Of a stretch of DNA of 50,816 bases, positions 10,068 to 19,524 are shown one piece after another. The DNA comes from Chloroflexota bacterium (lineage in GTDB: Bacteria; Chloroflexota; Anaerolineae; Anaerolineales; UBA11858), in contig DRBO01000099.1 in NCBI GenBank assembly GCA_011039385.1, positions 1 to 50,816 of the forward strand, read 5' to 3'. The translations under genes and the position numbers were made by a program. Each line of letters starts with the position of its first letter. Position 1 is the first letter of the stretch. The notes below the pieces were generated by a model. It was not told the origin of the DNA and searched no databases. It worked only from the letters and a program-made list of their open reading frames with translations.

Positions 10068-10535
10068 TCAATCCAACTCTTTGATGTTCTTCACGATTGA
10101 ATCCGCCGTCGTATTCCCATACACCTGTCCGTCTACCAGCGCGATCGGGGCCAGGCCGCAGGATCCAAGGCAGTAGACGATTTCCAGGGTATATTCAAAG
10201 TCTGGATCGCTGCCGCCAGCTTCAAGATCAAATCCATTCTCCACAGCCTCAACCAATTTTTGCGCTCCTTTAACATGACAGGCAGTTCCATCACAAATCT
10301 GGATCAGGTGCCGTCCGCGGGGCTCTAGGTTAAACTGGGCATAGAAAGTGGCCACGCCGTACAGCTGGCTGATAGAGATCCCGCTCTTCTTGGAGATTTC
10401 CACCATGGCATCTTCTGGCAAATAGCCGTATATATCTTGTGTGCGCTGCAGGATGGGGATCACTGCCCCCTTTTGCTCCCTGAATTCCTGCAGAATTGGC
10501 TCAATTAATCCAATATCGATATCTGTAACCGTCAT
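10068..10535 (-). CDS. NuoE/HydC-like thioredoxin-fold [2Fe-2S] subunit
   Basis: 155 aa. Cys pattern ICDGTACHVKG ... CLGSCGLAP is typical of the NuoE 24-kDa family. Confidence 0.88.
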   Translation of the reverse strand: MTVTDIDIGLIEPILQEFREQKGAVIPILQRTQDIYGYLPEDAMVEISKKSGISISQLYGVATFYAQFNLEPRGRHLIQICDGTACHVKGAQKLVEAVENGFDLEAGGSDPDFEYTLEIVYCLGSCGLAPIALVDGQVYGNTTADSIVKNIKELD

Positions 10536-10588
10536 CTCTCTACTCCCTGATTTGTCCTGCTAAATACGGATCCATCCATTTCTATTCC

Positions 10589-11395
10589 TCAAGAATGCTC
10601 TTTTCCCGAATCCAGACCCAATCGCTCCGGGAAAGAGTACACCCGCAGTTTGCCGTGCCGGGCATATCCCACCAGGGTGATGCCCCACTCCTTGGCCAGC
10701 TTGACTGCGGTAGTTGTCGGGGATGTCCGGGAAGCGATCACCGGGCACCCCATCGCCGCTCCTTTGCGGAGCATTTCCGAGGATATTCTCCCAGTAGACA
10801 GCAGCCCCATCCCCTGGGTGGGTATGCTCTCAATCAGGCAGGCGCCCTGAAGTTTATCGATAGTATTATGGCGGCCAACATCTTCCGCAACCTTCAGAAG
10901 ATCGCCCGAATCGAGATCCAATAATCCCGCCGCATGGACACCCCTGGATCTGGCATAAAGGCTGTCTTTGGTCTGCAGCCTGGTAAAGGCTTCCAGCAGA
11001 GCCCCCGGTTCTGTTAAGAGCTGAGCCGGGAAGGGTTTTCTTTCCTCTTCCAGATCATCACGGGCGACACCGCTTCCGCAGCCCGAGGTGATGACCATCT
11101 TTTCGGGAAGCTGTACTTCTTTCTTCAACCAGATATCTATGCAGCAGCCGTCCGGGGTGACCTTGAGATCACTGATTTCATCCAGGCTGTCAATGATCCC
11201 TTCGTTCTTTAAGAAACCAACCGCCAACCAATCCTGGTTCAGCGGCGTGCCCATGATGGAGACGAACTCCACACCATTCAGGTAAATTGTCAGGGTAACT
11301 TCTTCAATGACCTCCCCGCCGCCTTCCTGCCAGTCATGATGAAATTCCCACCATCGGGTAGTCTCTGATCCGCGATTTGCCATCGCAACCTTCAA
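10589..11395 (-). CDS. fdhD: Formate dehydrogenase accessory sulfurtransferase FdhD
   Basis: 268 aa. FdhD-like features include NEGII, SGCGSG and RHNTIDKL motifs, plus position just upstream of the FDH genes. The track start is TTG; an ATG lies 4 codons in. Confidence 0.85.
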   Translation of the reverse strand: MKVAMANRGSETTRWWEFHHDWQEGGGEVIEEVTLTIYLNGVEFVSIMGTPLNQDWLAVGFLKNEGIIDSLDEISDLKVTPDGCCIDIWLKKEVQLPEKMVITSGCGSGVARDDLEEERKPFPAQLLTEPGALLEAFTRLQTKDSLYARSRGVHAAGLLDLDSGDLLKVAEDVGRHNTIDKLQGACLIESIPTQGMGLLSTGRISSEMLRKGAAMGCPVIASRTSPTTTAVKLAKEWGITLVGYARHGKLRVYSFPERLGLDSGKEHS

Positions 11396-11503
11396 TTCAA
11401 TAATCTCAATCCACCAATAAAGTCATTCCGGAGCAGCTGCCGACCGGGCAAACTGCCCCGGAATGATCCATTCGCTTATTACACAAACCAAGCTGGAGTT
11501 GGT

Positions 11504-13417
11504 TTACATCAAGCCCAGCACATCTCCAGTTTCCACATCGATATCAATATCGTAGAACACCGGTCGGGTCGGAAGACCAGGCATGGTACTCATGGTCCCC
11601 AGTAGCGGATACAGGAATCCTGCCCCGACTGAAGCGCGAATATCCCGGATCGGGACGGTGAACCCAGTGGGGCGGCCTTTCAGGGTCCCATCATGACTCA
11701 GGCTCAGGTGGGTCTTGGCCATGCACATGGGCAGCTCGTCAAATCCAAGCTTGGTATAAAGCTCCACCTTCTTCTCTGCCAGCGGCTCAAACACCACCCC
11801 ATCAGCGCCGTAGATCTCCTTGCAGATGATCTCGATCTTTTCCTTGATGGAGGTCCCTTCCAGGGGATAGAGGAATTTAAAATCGCTGGGCTGTTCAGTG
11901 GCTTCCACTACCGCTTTAGCCAGATCCACCGCGCCCTTGCCGCCTTCCATCCAGTGGCGGGTGACAACCGCATTGTAGGCGCCAGCCTTGATGGCCCTGT
12001 CTCGGACCAACTCTACTTCAGCCTGGGTGTCATCCTTGAAGCTATTGACCGCTACCACTGTTGGGATGCCGAACTTCAAGGCGTTTTGGATGTGGGCTTC
12101 CAGGTTGGCGATGCCCTCTTCCAGCAGCTCAAGGTTCTCAGTAACATAGGCCGGATCGAGGGGAGCGCCAGCAGTGACTTTGGGGCCGCCGCCGTGCATC
12201 TTCAAAGCCCGCACCGTGGCAACCAGTACCACTGCGTCAGGGATCAGTCCTGAGTAGCGGCATTTGATGTTGAAGAATTTTTCCATGCCGATATCGGCGC
12301 CAAACCCGGATTCTGTCAGCACAAAATCCGCCAGCTTAAGGGCGATCCTGTCAGCAATGATCGAGCTGTTGCCGTGGGCTATGTTGGCAAAGGGACCGGC
12401 ATGAACAAATGCGGGGGTCCCTTCCAGCGTCTGCATCAGGGTGGGCTTGATGGCATCTTTCATCAGCACGGTTGCCGCGCCAGCCACACCGATGTCCTCC
12501 ATGGTGACAGCTTCGCCCATCTTGTTAGTAGCTACCACTACCCGGCCAAGGCGTTCCCGCATATCTGCCAGGTCGGTGGTCAAGGCCAGAATGGCCATGA
12601 TCTCACTGGCAACGGAGATGTCAAATCCGGTCCGTCGGGTGAATCCACCCTCTTTCGGTCCCAGACCGATCTCGATCTCTCTCAGCATGCGGTCATTGGT
12701 ATCGACGATCCTGCGCCAGGTAATGGTCTCTGGATCGATATCCAGTCGAACGAATTTGCTGACTTCTTCATCAGTTAAATCATCTGGGTTAGTTTTATCA
12801 ATGCCTAACTTTTTCAGGCGTCGAATCATGATGGGGGTGAATTCCCGCTTCCCGTTCTTGTCAGGTGGGCAAAGGCGCCTGAAGAGGGCTTCATCACTCT
12901 GGCGGCTCTCATGGTACATCCGGGCGTCAATTGCTGCTGCCACCAAGTTATTAGCTGCCGTGATGGCATGGATATCCCCGGTCAGGTGCAGGTTAAAATC
13001 CTCCATGGGGATGATCTGGCTGTAGCCGCCGCCTGCCGCGCCGCCTTTGATGCCAAAGGTCGGACCCTGGCTGGGCTGGCGGATGCAGGTGAATACACTC
13101 TTGCCCAGGTGGGCGCCCAGGGCCTGGCTCAACCCTACCGTGGTGGTGGTTTTTCCTTCACCGAGCGGAGTGGGCGTGATGGCAGTCACATCGATATACT
13201 TTCCATCGGGAACGTCTTTCAGCCGGTTGAGCACATCGAGCTTGATCTTGGCCTTAAATTTACCGTGCAGCTCCAGCTCGTCCTCTAGCAGGCCGATCTC
13301 ATCCGCGAGGTCTTTTATCGGTTTTATTGTTGCACCATGAGCGATATCAATGTCGGAAGGAACAGGATCCAGCAACTTCAATGGGGATGGGGTAACGGGT
13401 TTCTTGTTAAATTTCAT
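11504..13417 (-). CDS. fhs: Formate--tetrahydrofolate ligase, long form
   Basis: 637 aa. [16 protein letters not shown]-loop, [27 protein letters not shown]. Carries an internal insert of about 55-75 aa relative to the ~560-aa bacterial enzymes I know. Confidence 0.93.
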   Translation of the reverse strand: MKFNKKPVTPSPLKLLDPVPSDIDIAHGATIKPIKDLADEIGLLEDELELHGKFKAKIKLDVLNRLKDVPDGKYIDVTAITPTPLGEGKTTTTVGLSQALGAHLGKSVFTCIRQPSQGPTFGIKGGAAGGGYSQIIPMEDFNLHLTGDIHAITAANNLVAAAIDARMYHESRQSDEALFRRLCPPDKNGKREFTPIMIRRLKKLGIDKTNPDDLTDEEVSKFVRLDIDPETITWRRIVDTNDRMLREIEIGLGPKEGGFTRRTGFDISVASEIMAILALTTDLADMRERLGRVVVATNKMGEAVTMEDIGVAGAATVLMKDAIKPTLMQTLEGTPAFVHAGPFANIAHGNSSIIADRIALKLADFVLTESGFGADIGMEKFFNIKCRYSGLIPDAVVLVATVRALKMHGGGPKVTAGAPLDPAYVTENLELLEEGIANLEAHIQNALKFGIPTVVAVNSFKDDTQAEVELVRDRAIKAGAYNAVVTRHWMEGGKGAVDLAKAVVEATEQPSDFKFLYPLEGTSIKEKIEIICKEIYGADGVVFEPLAEKKVELYTKLGFDELPMCMAKTHLSLSHDGTLKGRPTGFTVPIRDIRASVGAGFLYPLLGTMSTMPGLPTRPVFYDIDIDVETGDVLGLM

Positions 13418-13458
13418 CGTTCACTCCTTTTGATCTATCGATAACAAAAGATACTTGC

Positions 13459-14340
13459 TTACTTTTCATAGGCTAATTTGGCTGCCCTGACGGTGTTCCG
13501 CAAGAGCATGGCAATGGTCATCGGTCCCACACCGCCCGGGACCGGGGTAAGATACCCGGCCACTTCCAGAGCCTCATTATAGTCTACGTCACCTGTCAGG
13601 CGGTAACCTCTCTTTGCGGTTTCATCATCAACGCGATTGGTCCCCACATCGATAACAGCTGCGCCGGGTTTGATCCAGTCACCTTTCACCATCTCTGCTC
13701 GACCCACAGCGGCGATCAGCACATCCGCTTCAGCGCATTTTTCCTTCAGGTTCTTGGTACGGGAATGGCAGATGGTCACAGTGGCATTTTCCTTGATCAG
13801 AAGCAGAGCAGCCGGCATGCCAACGATGAAAGAGCGGCCCAGGACAACAGCGTTAGCGCCTTCAAGCTCAACGCCGGCGTGTTTCAGCAAGTATAGAACC
13901 CCATCCGGGGTAGCAGGAACGAACATGGGTTCCCGGCCTTTCTGGGCCAGGCGGCCGATATTGAGAGGATGAAAACCATCCACATCCTTCTCAATGCTGA
14001 TGGTCCGCAGCACGCTTTCGTCATCCAATCCATCAGGCAGAGGCAGCTGCACCAGAATACCATGCACTTCGGGATCGTCATTCAGCTGTTTCACCAGATT
14101 TTCCACCTCTTCCTGGGTTGCCGTGGCAGGAAGCACATGCCCAATGGAGGTGATGCCTGCTTTTTCGCAAGCTTTATGTTTCATGCTGACATAAACCTCT
14201 GAAGCTGGATTCTCTCCTACCAGGACCGTTGCCAGTCCAGGTGGATTTTTCCCTTCCGCAACCATGGCAGCTACGTCAGCGGCCACTGCATCGCGAACCT
14301 CTTGTGCAACCGCACGGCCATCTATGATTTTTGCAGTCAT
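13459..14340 (-). CDS. folD: Bifunctional 5,10-methylene-THF dehydrogenase / methenyl-THF cyclohydrolase
   Basis: 293 aa. Motifs GLATVLVGENPASEVYVSMK, VQLPLP, VLGRSFIVGMP, TPVPGGVGPMTIAML. Confidence 0.93.
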   Translation of the reverse strand: MTAKIIDGRAVAQEVRDAVAADVAAMVAEGKNPPGLATVLVGENPASEVYVSMKHKACEKAGITSIGHVLPATATQEEVENLVKQLNDDPEVHGILVQLPLPDGLDDESVLRTISIEKDVDGFHPLNIGRLAQKGREPMFVPATPDGVLYLLKHAGVELEGANAVVLGRSFIVGMPAALLLIKENATVTICHSRTKNLKEKCAEADVLIAAVGRAEMVKGDWIKPGAAVIDVGTNRVDDETAKRGYRLTGDVDYNEALEVAGYLTPVPGGVGPMTIAMLLRNTVRAAKLAYEK

Positions 14341-14434
14341 AAATTACTCCCTTGATAATGAGAAATTACATCGTTTTCGATTGTATAAGACGGGTGGAAA
14401 TCACTCGCTGGCCTATTGCGCCAGATTAAAAAAC

Positions 14435-14463
14435 ATTATCATGAAAAAAGAATTGCTTAGCAA
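14435..14463 (-). promoter_or_regulatory. Candidate promoter for folD-fhs(-fdh)
   Basis: On the minus strand: TTGCTA (14463-14458), 17-nt spacer, GATAAT (14440-14435), about 95 nt upstream of the folD ATG. Confidence 0.35.
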
Positions 14464-14828
14464 GTTATTTTTATCACCATATTGCTGTCGATTGATATAC
14501 AACAAATATATCATCAAAGGGCCCGTTTTCGGGAGCGTTTAGGTCGATCCTGCTGTTTCCGAACCGCGAATGGGCCTGCAAAGAAGTTGCGAGAGGAATA
14601 AGATTGACTTACAATAGATTGTACTCCATCTATTTTTGTATGATCGGCACTGCGAGGTTATCCTGGTTCAGACAAAATCCGGCTCCTGTTCCCTCCCTAA
14701 CCAATCTGTTATTGACTGCCTAAAAAGCGCGGGGCAACATTATCCTTTAGCATACCTCAACGCTACCATCAAACCAATCAGGTGCCAACTCGGGCATGAT
14801 CTATCTATGACTCCAAGGAGTGAATTAA

Positions 14829-15680
14829 ATGACTGACAGAAAAAAAGTTACCATCAGCACTCTTTTTAAAAAGGCTGCCCAGAAAGAACCAATTTCCTGG
14901 TTAACCAGTTATGACTACCCCACCGCCTATTTTCAAGAACAGGCTGAGATCGATATGCTGCTGGTGGGGGACAGCCTGGGCATGACCATGCTGGGATACG
15001 ACGGCACCCTCCCGGTTACCATGGAGGATATGCTTCGGCATACCCAGGCAGTCCGCCGTGGAGCACCAACAGCATTTCTGGTGGGAGACATGCCCTACAT
15101 GTCCTACCAGGCCAGCACAGAATCCGCCGTGTTGAATGCCGGCCGTTTTATGGCAGAGGCCAGCTGTGATGCCATCAAGCTGGAAGGCGGCCACGAAATG
15201 GCAGATCGCATGAGAGCTATTGTCAACGCAGGAATCCCGGCGGTGGGCCACCTGGGATTAACGCCGCAGAGCGTGGCTGCCCTGGGAGGTTTCAAGGTCC
15301 AGGGCAGGGGCGCTGCCCGGGCCAAGGAAATCATCGACGATGCCAAAGCGCTGGAAGAAGCGGGCGCATTTTGCATCTTGCTGGAAATGGTGCCAGACAG
15401 AGTCACCAAGATCATCACTGAAAGGGCTGAGAATTGCTTGATCATGAGTCTGGGGTCCGGACCAGATGCCCACGGCCAGCTGCTGATCTTCCATGACATG
15501 TTCGGCCTCTACCCCAAGTTCACGCCCAAAATGGCCAAGGTCTACGGCAATGCCGGGGAAGTCCTTCAGAAGGGCTTGATCCAGTACAACAAGGAAGTCA
15601 AAGACCAAACTTTCCCCAAGAGAGAAAACTGGTTTACCATGAGTGATGAGGAGCATGAGGAACTGCTGGGGCTTATATAA
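14829..15680 (+). CDS. panB: 3-methyl-2-oxobutanoate hydroxymethyltransferase
   Basis: 283 aa. LLVGDSLGMTMLGYD, AIKLEGG, GHLGLTPQS motifs. AAGGAG SD 8 nt upstream. Confidence 0.92.
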   Translation: MTDRKKVTISTLFKKAAQKEPISWLTSYDYPTAYFQEQAEIDMLLVGDSLGMTMLGYDGTLPVTMEDMLRHTQAVRRGAPTAFLVGDMPYMSYQASTESAVLNAGRFMAEASCDAIKLEGGHEMADRMRAIVNAGIPAVGHLGLTPQSVAALGGFKVQGRGAARAKEIIDDAKALEEAGAFCILLEMVPDRVTKIITERAENCLIMSLGSGPDAHGQLLIFHDMFGLYPKFTPKMAKVYGNAGEVLQKGLIQYNKEVKDQTFPKRENWFTMSDEEHEELLGLI

Positions 15681-15802
15681 GATATTTCAGCTTTCCAGAT
15701 CCTTGAAATAGCAAGGTTCCTTTTGTAAGGCGTAAGGTGGACAGAGTAAGGTAATTTGGCTCGAGTGAAATCAAGGGGGACACCTGGGTGAAAAATTATC
15801 AT

Positions 15803-16170
15803 ATGTCACGAGTTTTCGAACGGTGACATCTTACAAATACGCCATAAACCTTGCAGATGGAAGATTTCATGCTTCGCTAATATTTCCGAAGGAGGAAACG
15901 TATTCATTAACTGATCAAATCAGGAGGTCTTCAAGACCAATTGGCGCTCAGATTGCAGAGGCCTGGGGAAAACGAAGATACAAAAAACGCTTCGCCAGCA
16001 AAGTCACTGATGCATACGCAGAAACATACAAGACTGAACATTGGTAATTAATGGTTTGCCGTTGTGGATACATCGATACAGAAGAATTCAATTATTTATT
16101 AGTGGCACGTGGTCAACTCAGCCAATTAAATGGTGGAATGATATCAAAAGCTAATAAATTCTGTAAATGA
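15803..16170 (+). pseudogene. Disrupted four-helix-bundle protein gene (23S rRNA intervening-sequence protein family)
   Basis: ORF 15823..16047 reads FPKEETYSLTDQIRRSSRPIGAQIAEAWGKRRYKKRF...AETYKTEHW and stops at an in-frame TAA (16045-16047). The same frame continues LMVCRCGYIDTEEFNYLL...GGMISKANKF to TGA at 16168-16170, which is the expected family C-terminus. The likely N-terminus MSRVFER (ATG 15803) is one frame off. Confidence 0.55.
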
Positions 16171-16243
16171 AGAATCCGTGCAATCAACATCCATACATTA
16201 GATCTGTTTACAGTTTACACCTTACTCCCTACAAATCATCAAA

Positions 16244-17518
16244 ATGGAGAAAAACATGACCGATCTACGTTCTCGATTAAAAATCACCCCGGCCCGCCTT
16301 GACGCCATCAACGAAATCCTCCTCAATCCGGAGATGGAAATTATTAACGACTTCCTGGATGTGGTCCGGAAATACGGTTCTCCGGAGGAAATCAACGCCA
16401 AGGCCAATGAAGCCAGGAAAATGGAGGTCTTGCTCGCCAAGGTGAAGGAAACCAGGCCAGAATACCTGCAAGATCTGGAATGGCTGGAAGAGCAAAAAGA
16501 AAGGGGGGCCTTCATCAGCGTGGCTGATTACCGCAGAAAAATCCTGGGAGAAAAGGCGGATCAGATGACCTTCACAGATGATTTCGCGGTCACCCTGGAA
16601 ATCAGCGCCTGCCAGTATTTCCCCTGGGTGCGCATGATCGCTGAAAGAGCCCTTGAAATGGGCCTGCTCATGCCCGGCAGGTTCATCCGGGTCCGGAAGA
16701 TGAAAGAGCAGGAAGAGGACGGCGACCTGCCAGCCTTCGCGGCGGCCATGCAGATCCTGGGATCCAGTTATGTGGAAACCCTCGACACCAAGGGAACGGA
16801 TGGCTCGAACATCCATCTCGGGGGGCCAGAGACCATCACCGGATATTTCGGCGGCGTCGGCCAGCCTAATAGACACGCCCTCAAATGGCTTGATGAGTAC
16901 CTCTATTACTATACAAAGTATGGTGTCCGCCAGGTCTTGAATATCAATCCCGGCACAGTTCTGCTGGCCTATATGCTGCACCGGCTGGGTGTGGATAACG
17001 AGTTCAAGATCTCTGTCTATATGGGAAATGACAACCCCTATGCAGCACTGTGGACGCTGCTGGGAGCCAAACTTTTCGCCCGCGATGACGGCACCACGCC
17101 CCTGATCGGGTTTAACTGGAGCAACTCGGTAAACAACCAGACCATGGAGTTGACCGCCCAGTTCAGGAAGGACCTGGGGTTTGAGGACATCATCCGCTTT
17201 GAGCACCACATCACCGAGACCTATAAAAGCATCGTTATTCAACCCTATAACCGCAGGGATGAACTGGTTGAAATTGCCGACCATGTAGCCAATATCTCCG
17301 CCAAACACGAGGGTGCCGATCCGGAAATAGACCTGACCAGGGAACACCCCTCGGATATCCTGGATTATTTCCGGGACAAATCCGAGATCATTACCGCGGG
17401 ACACATGGATTTCCTTACCGGTAACTTCAGGGACAAATTTATAGCTCTCAATGAAACTGCCAGGGCGTTAACAGAAAATGGGCTGTCCTTCCTGGCCGCG
17501 CCCAACCTGCATAAGTAA
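16244..17518 (+). CDS. Uncharacterised soluble protein (~420 aa), no family recognised
   Basis: Long ORF with protein-like composition and no TM segments. The second ATG (16256) has a GGAG SD 6 nt upstream and may be the true start. A candidate promoter TTTACA-17-TACAAA sits at 16207-16235. Confidence 0.75.
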   Translation: MEKNMTDLRSRLKITPARLDAINEILLNPEMEIINDFLDVVRKYGSPEEINAKANEARKMEVLLAKVKETRPEYLQDLEWLEEQKERGAFISVADYRRKILGEKADQMTFTDDFAVTLEISACQYFPWVRMIAERALEMGLLMPGRFIRVRKMKEQEEDGDLPAFAAAMQILGSSYVETLDTKGTDGSNIHLGGPETITGYFGGVGQPNRHALKWLDEYLYYYTKYGVRQVLNINPGTVLLAYMLHRLGVDNEFKISVYMGNDNPYAALWTLLGAKLFARDDGTTPLIGFNWSNSVNNQTMELTAQFRKDLGFEDIIRFEHHITETYKSIVIQPYNRRDELVEIADHVANISAKHEGADPEIDLTREHPSDILDYFRDKSEIITAGHMDFLTGNFRDKFIALNETARALTENGLSFLAAPNLHK

Positions 17519-17676
17519 TTGGCCTGACAGAGCGGAGCGAACTCAACGGGGTTGTATGCCTGTTGAGCAGGGAACCGCTGTGGTGGGAAAACGAGACCAT
17601 TCCATCCCGCCCCATCATGAAATCCCTGATCGTGAACAGCCTATCCGATCAGTATATTAAACTGTGGGAGGCAACT

Positions 17677-18648
17677 ATGAATGTCATCCAATCCGGCAAG
17701 GGGCCCATGCTGCAGGCCCCCGACATGAACGCGTTCCGCGAGCATAACAGGAACAAGCCCCGGGGATTGATTGATAAGCGCATGAGCGAAGCGGAAGCGA
17801 TCAGCAAGTTCGTTCAAGACGGGGATTACATCGGCACCGAGCTCTACGGAACTGTCCGCTGCCCGCAGTCTTTAATCAATGAGATCGTCCGCCAGGGGAA
17901 AAAAGAACTCCGGGTTGCCGGACAGGGTGTGTACGAACTTGATCTCCTGCTGGGAGCCGGTCTGGTCAAAGCCCTCGACCATACCTACATCGGCATGGAA
18001 GTTTATGGGATTTCCAACTGCCTGCGCCGGGAAGTGGAAAGCGGCCGGGTAGAACACTGTGTGGAATGGAGCAATGCAGCCATTGCCTGGCGTTTTAAGG
18101 CTGCAGCCATGGGCGTGCCGTTCATTCCCACGCGCTCCATGCTGGGCACAGACACCCTGGCTTATAGCGCCGCCAAAGTGATCGAAGATCCATTTGGCAA
18201 CGGACCCATTGCGCTGCTCCCAGCCCTGATCCTGGACGTCGGCTTAATTCACGTCCACAGGGCAGACCGCTACGGCAATGCCCAGATTGACGGCATCAGC
18301 GGGTTCGCCTTTGAACTGGCGCGGGCGTCCAAGAACCTGATTATCAGCACAGAAGAAATCATCTCTACCGCGGAAATCCGGGCACAGCCTGACCGGACAA
18401 TAATTCCTTATTACTTGGTGGACGCTGTCGTTGAGGCGCCTTTCGGCTCTCATCCCGGTGAAATGTGCTACGTTTACGAGCGGGATGAGCCCCAGATCAA
18501 AGCCTGGGTGGAAGCATCCCGGGACCCTGAAACCACCCGGGGGTATCTCCAAAAATATATCTATGATCTACAGGATCACCAGGCTTACCTGGATTTGATC
18601 GGGAAAGACAGACTGCAGGCATTGAAGGACATGGTCCCGGAGGTTTAA
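17677..18648 (+). CDS. Class I CoA-transferase subunit A (glutaconate/3-oxoacid CoA-transferase-like)
   Basis: Start chosen at ATG 17677 (GGAGG SD 5 nt upstream), giving 323 aa. Similarity is GctA/AtoD-type (ISKFVQDGDYIG..., GVPFIPTRSMLGTD, RADRYGN). Confidence 0.85.
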   Translation: MNVIQSGKGPMLQAPDMNAFREHNRNKPRGLIDKRMSEAEAISKFVQDGDYIGTELYGTVRCPQSLINEIVRQGKKELRVAGQGVYELDLLLGAGLVKALDHTYIGMEVYGISNCLRREVESGRVEHCVEWSNAAIAWRFKAAAMGVPFIPTRSMLGTDTLAYSAAKVIEDPFGNGPIALLPALILDVGLIHVHRADRYGNAQIDGISGFAFELARASKNLIISTEEIISTAEIRAQPDRTIIPYYLVDAVVEAPFGSHPGEMCYVYERDEPQIKAWVEASRDPETTRGYLQKYIYDLQDHQAYLDLIGKDRLQALKDMVPEV

Positions 18649-18649
18649 A

Positions 18650-19417
18650 ATGGCAGAAGCTCCCTATAACCCCAACGAATTAATGATCTGCAGCGCATCC
18701 CGGCTGATGGAAGATAATTCAACCGTCTTCATCGGGACAGGAATTCCCATGTTAGCTGGCGCTTTGGCACAAAAAATGCATGCTCCTAATTTGATCAGTA
18801 TTTTTGAGTTTGGAGGAACAGGTGCAGTGCTGGAAGAACTTCCCCTGGCCGTTGGCGAGCGGCGTACTTTTCACAAAGCCCTGGCGGCCTCAGGCATCCT
18901 GGACATTGTGGAAACCGCCCAGCGCGGATTTGTCGATTACGGATTCCTGGGCGGCGCCCAGATCGATCCCTACGGCAACCTCAACTCAACTGTCATCGGT
19001 GACCACGATCATCCCAAAGTCCGCCTCCCGGGCAGTGGGGGCGGCAATGACGTGGGATCCCATTGCTGGCGCACAATCGCCATCATGAAACATGATAAAC
19101 TGCGCTTTGTGGAGAAGGTGGATTTCATCACCACCCCGGGATATCTTGAAGGACCCGGCGCCCGGGAACGGGCGGGGCTGCCGCCAGGGACTGGGCCCTA
19201 TCGAGTTGTGACAACTCTGGGTATCCTCGGATATGACGAAAAAAGCAAAAGGATGAAGCTGCTCTCCCTTCAACCAGGCGCTGAAGTGGACCAGGTGCTG
19301 GAAAACACAGGCTTTGAACTGCTGCTGGCAGACGAAATTACCCAAAACTCGCCGCCCAGTGCACAGGAATTAACCATATTGCGGGAGGAGGTCGATAAAG
19401 ACAGGTACTATATCTAG
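18650..19417 (+). CDS. Class I CoA-transferase subunit B
   Basis: 255 aa; begins 1 nt after the subunit A stop. VFIGTGIPMLA, SIFEFGG (putative catalytic Glu region), GGAQIDPYGNLNST. Confidence 0.85.
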   Translation: MAEAPYNPNELMICSASRLMEDNSTVFIGTGIPMLAGALAQKMHAPNLISIFEFGGTGAVLEELPLAVGERRTFHKALAASGILDIVETAQRGFVDYGFLGGAQIDPYGNLNSTVIGDHDHPKVRLPGSGGGNDVGSHCWRTIAIMKHDKLRFVEKVDFITTPGYLEGPGARERAGLPPGTGPYRVVTTLGILGYDEKSKRMKLLSLQPGAEVDQVLENTGFELLLADEITQNSPPSAQELTILREEVDKDRYYI

Positions 19418-19524
19418 GAACACAGATTCATAATCACAAACTATTCAGGTGTATAATTTGCCACAGTTCGGGGTTTAATGCGATTAACTCACCACCTGAG
19501 TGCGATGATGCAGCTCAAGAAACC

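Noticed and set aside
5411-13340. Many 60-245-aa plus-strand ORFs inside the fdhA, nuoF-like, fdhD, fhs and folD region (for example 5411..6100, 7997..8734, 11693..12253, 12441..13025)
   Set aside because: All lie fully inside strongly supported minus-strand genes, lack SD sequences and have shadow-frame composition.
14264-14836. ORFs 14264..14542 and 14636..14836 in the folD-panB intergenic region, and a possible panB riboswitch
   Set aside because: The first overlaps the folD start and the second overlaps the panB start out of frame. No SD, and I could not see any conserved RNA motif.
16277-17404. 375-aa ORF antisense to the 16244..17518 gene
   Set aside because: Its composition is typical of a shadow frame (rich in G/D/V/I/H, no motifs). 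The plus-strand ORF is longer, has an SD and promoter, and sits in an operon context. I treat it as an antisense artefact of a GC-rich gene.
17563-17676. Upstream track starts for several genes (17563, 20202, 35907, 38906, 42113, 43760, 49931, 37304)
   Set aside because: Downstream ATGs have better SD spacing, remove overlaps with the preceding genes, and match the expected N-termini (signal peptide, zinc finger and so on).
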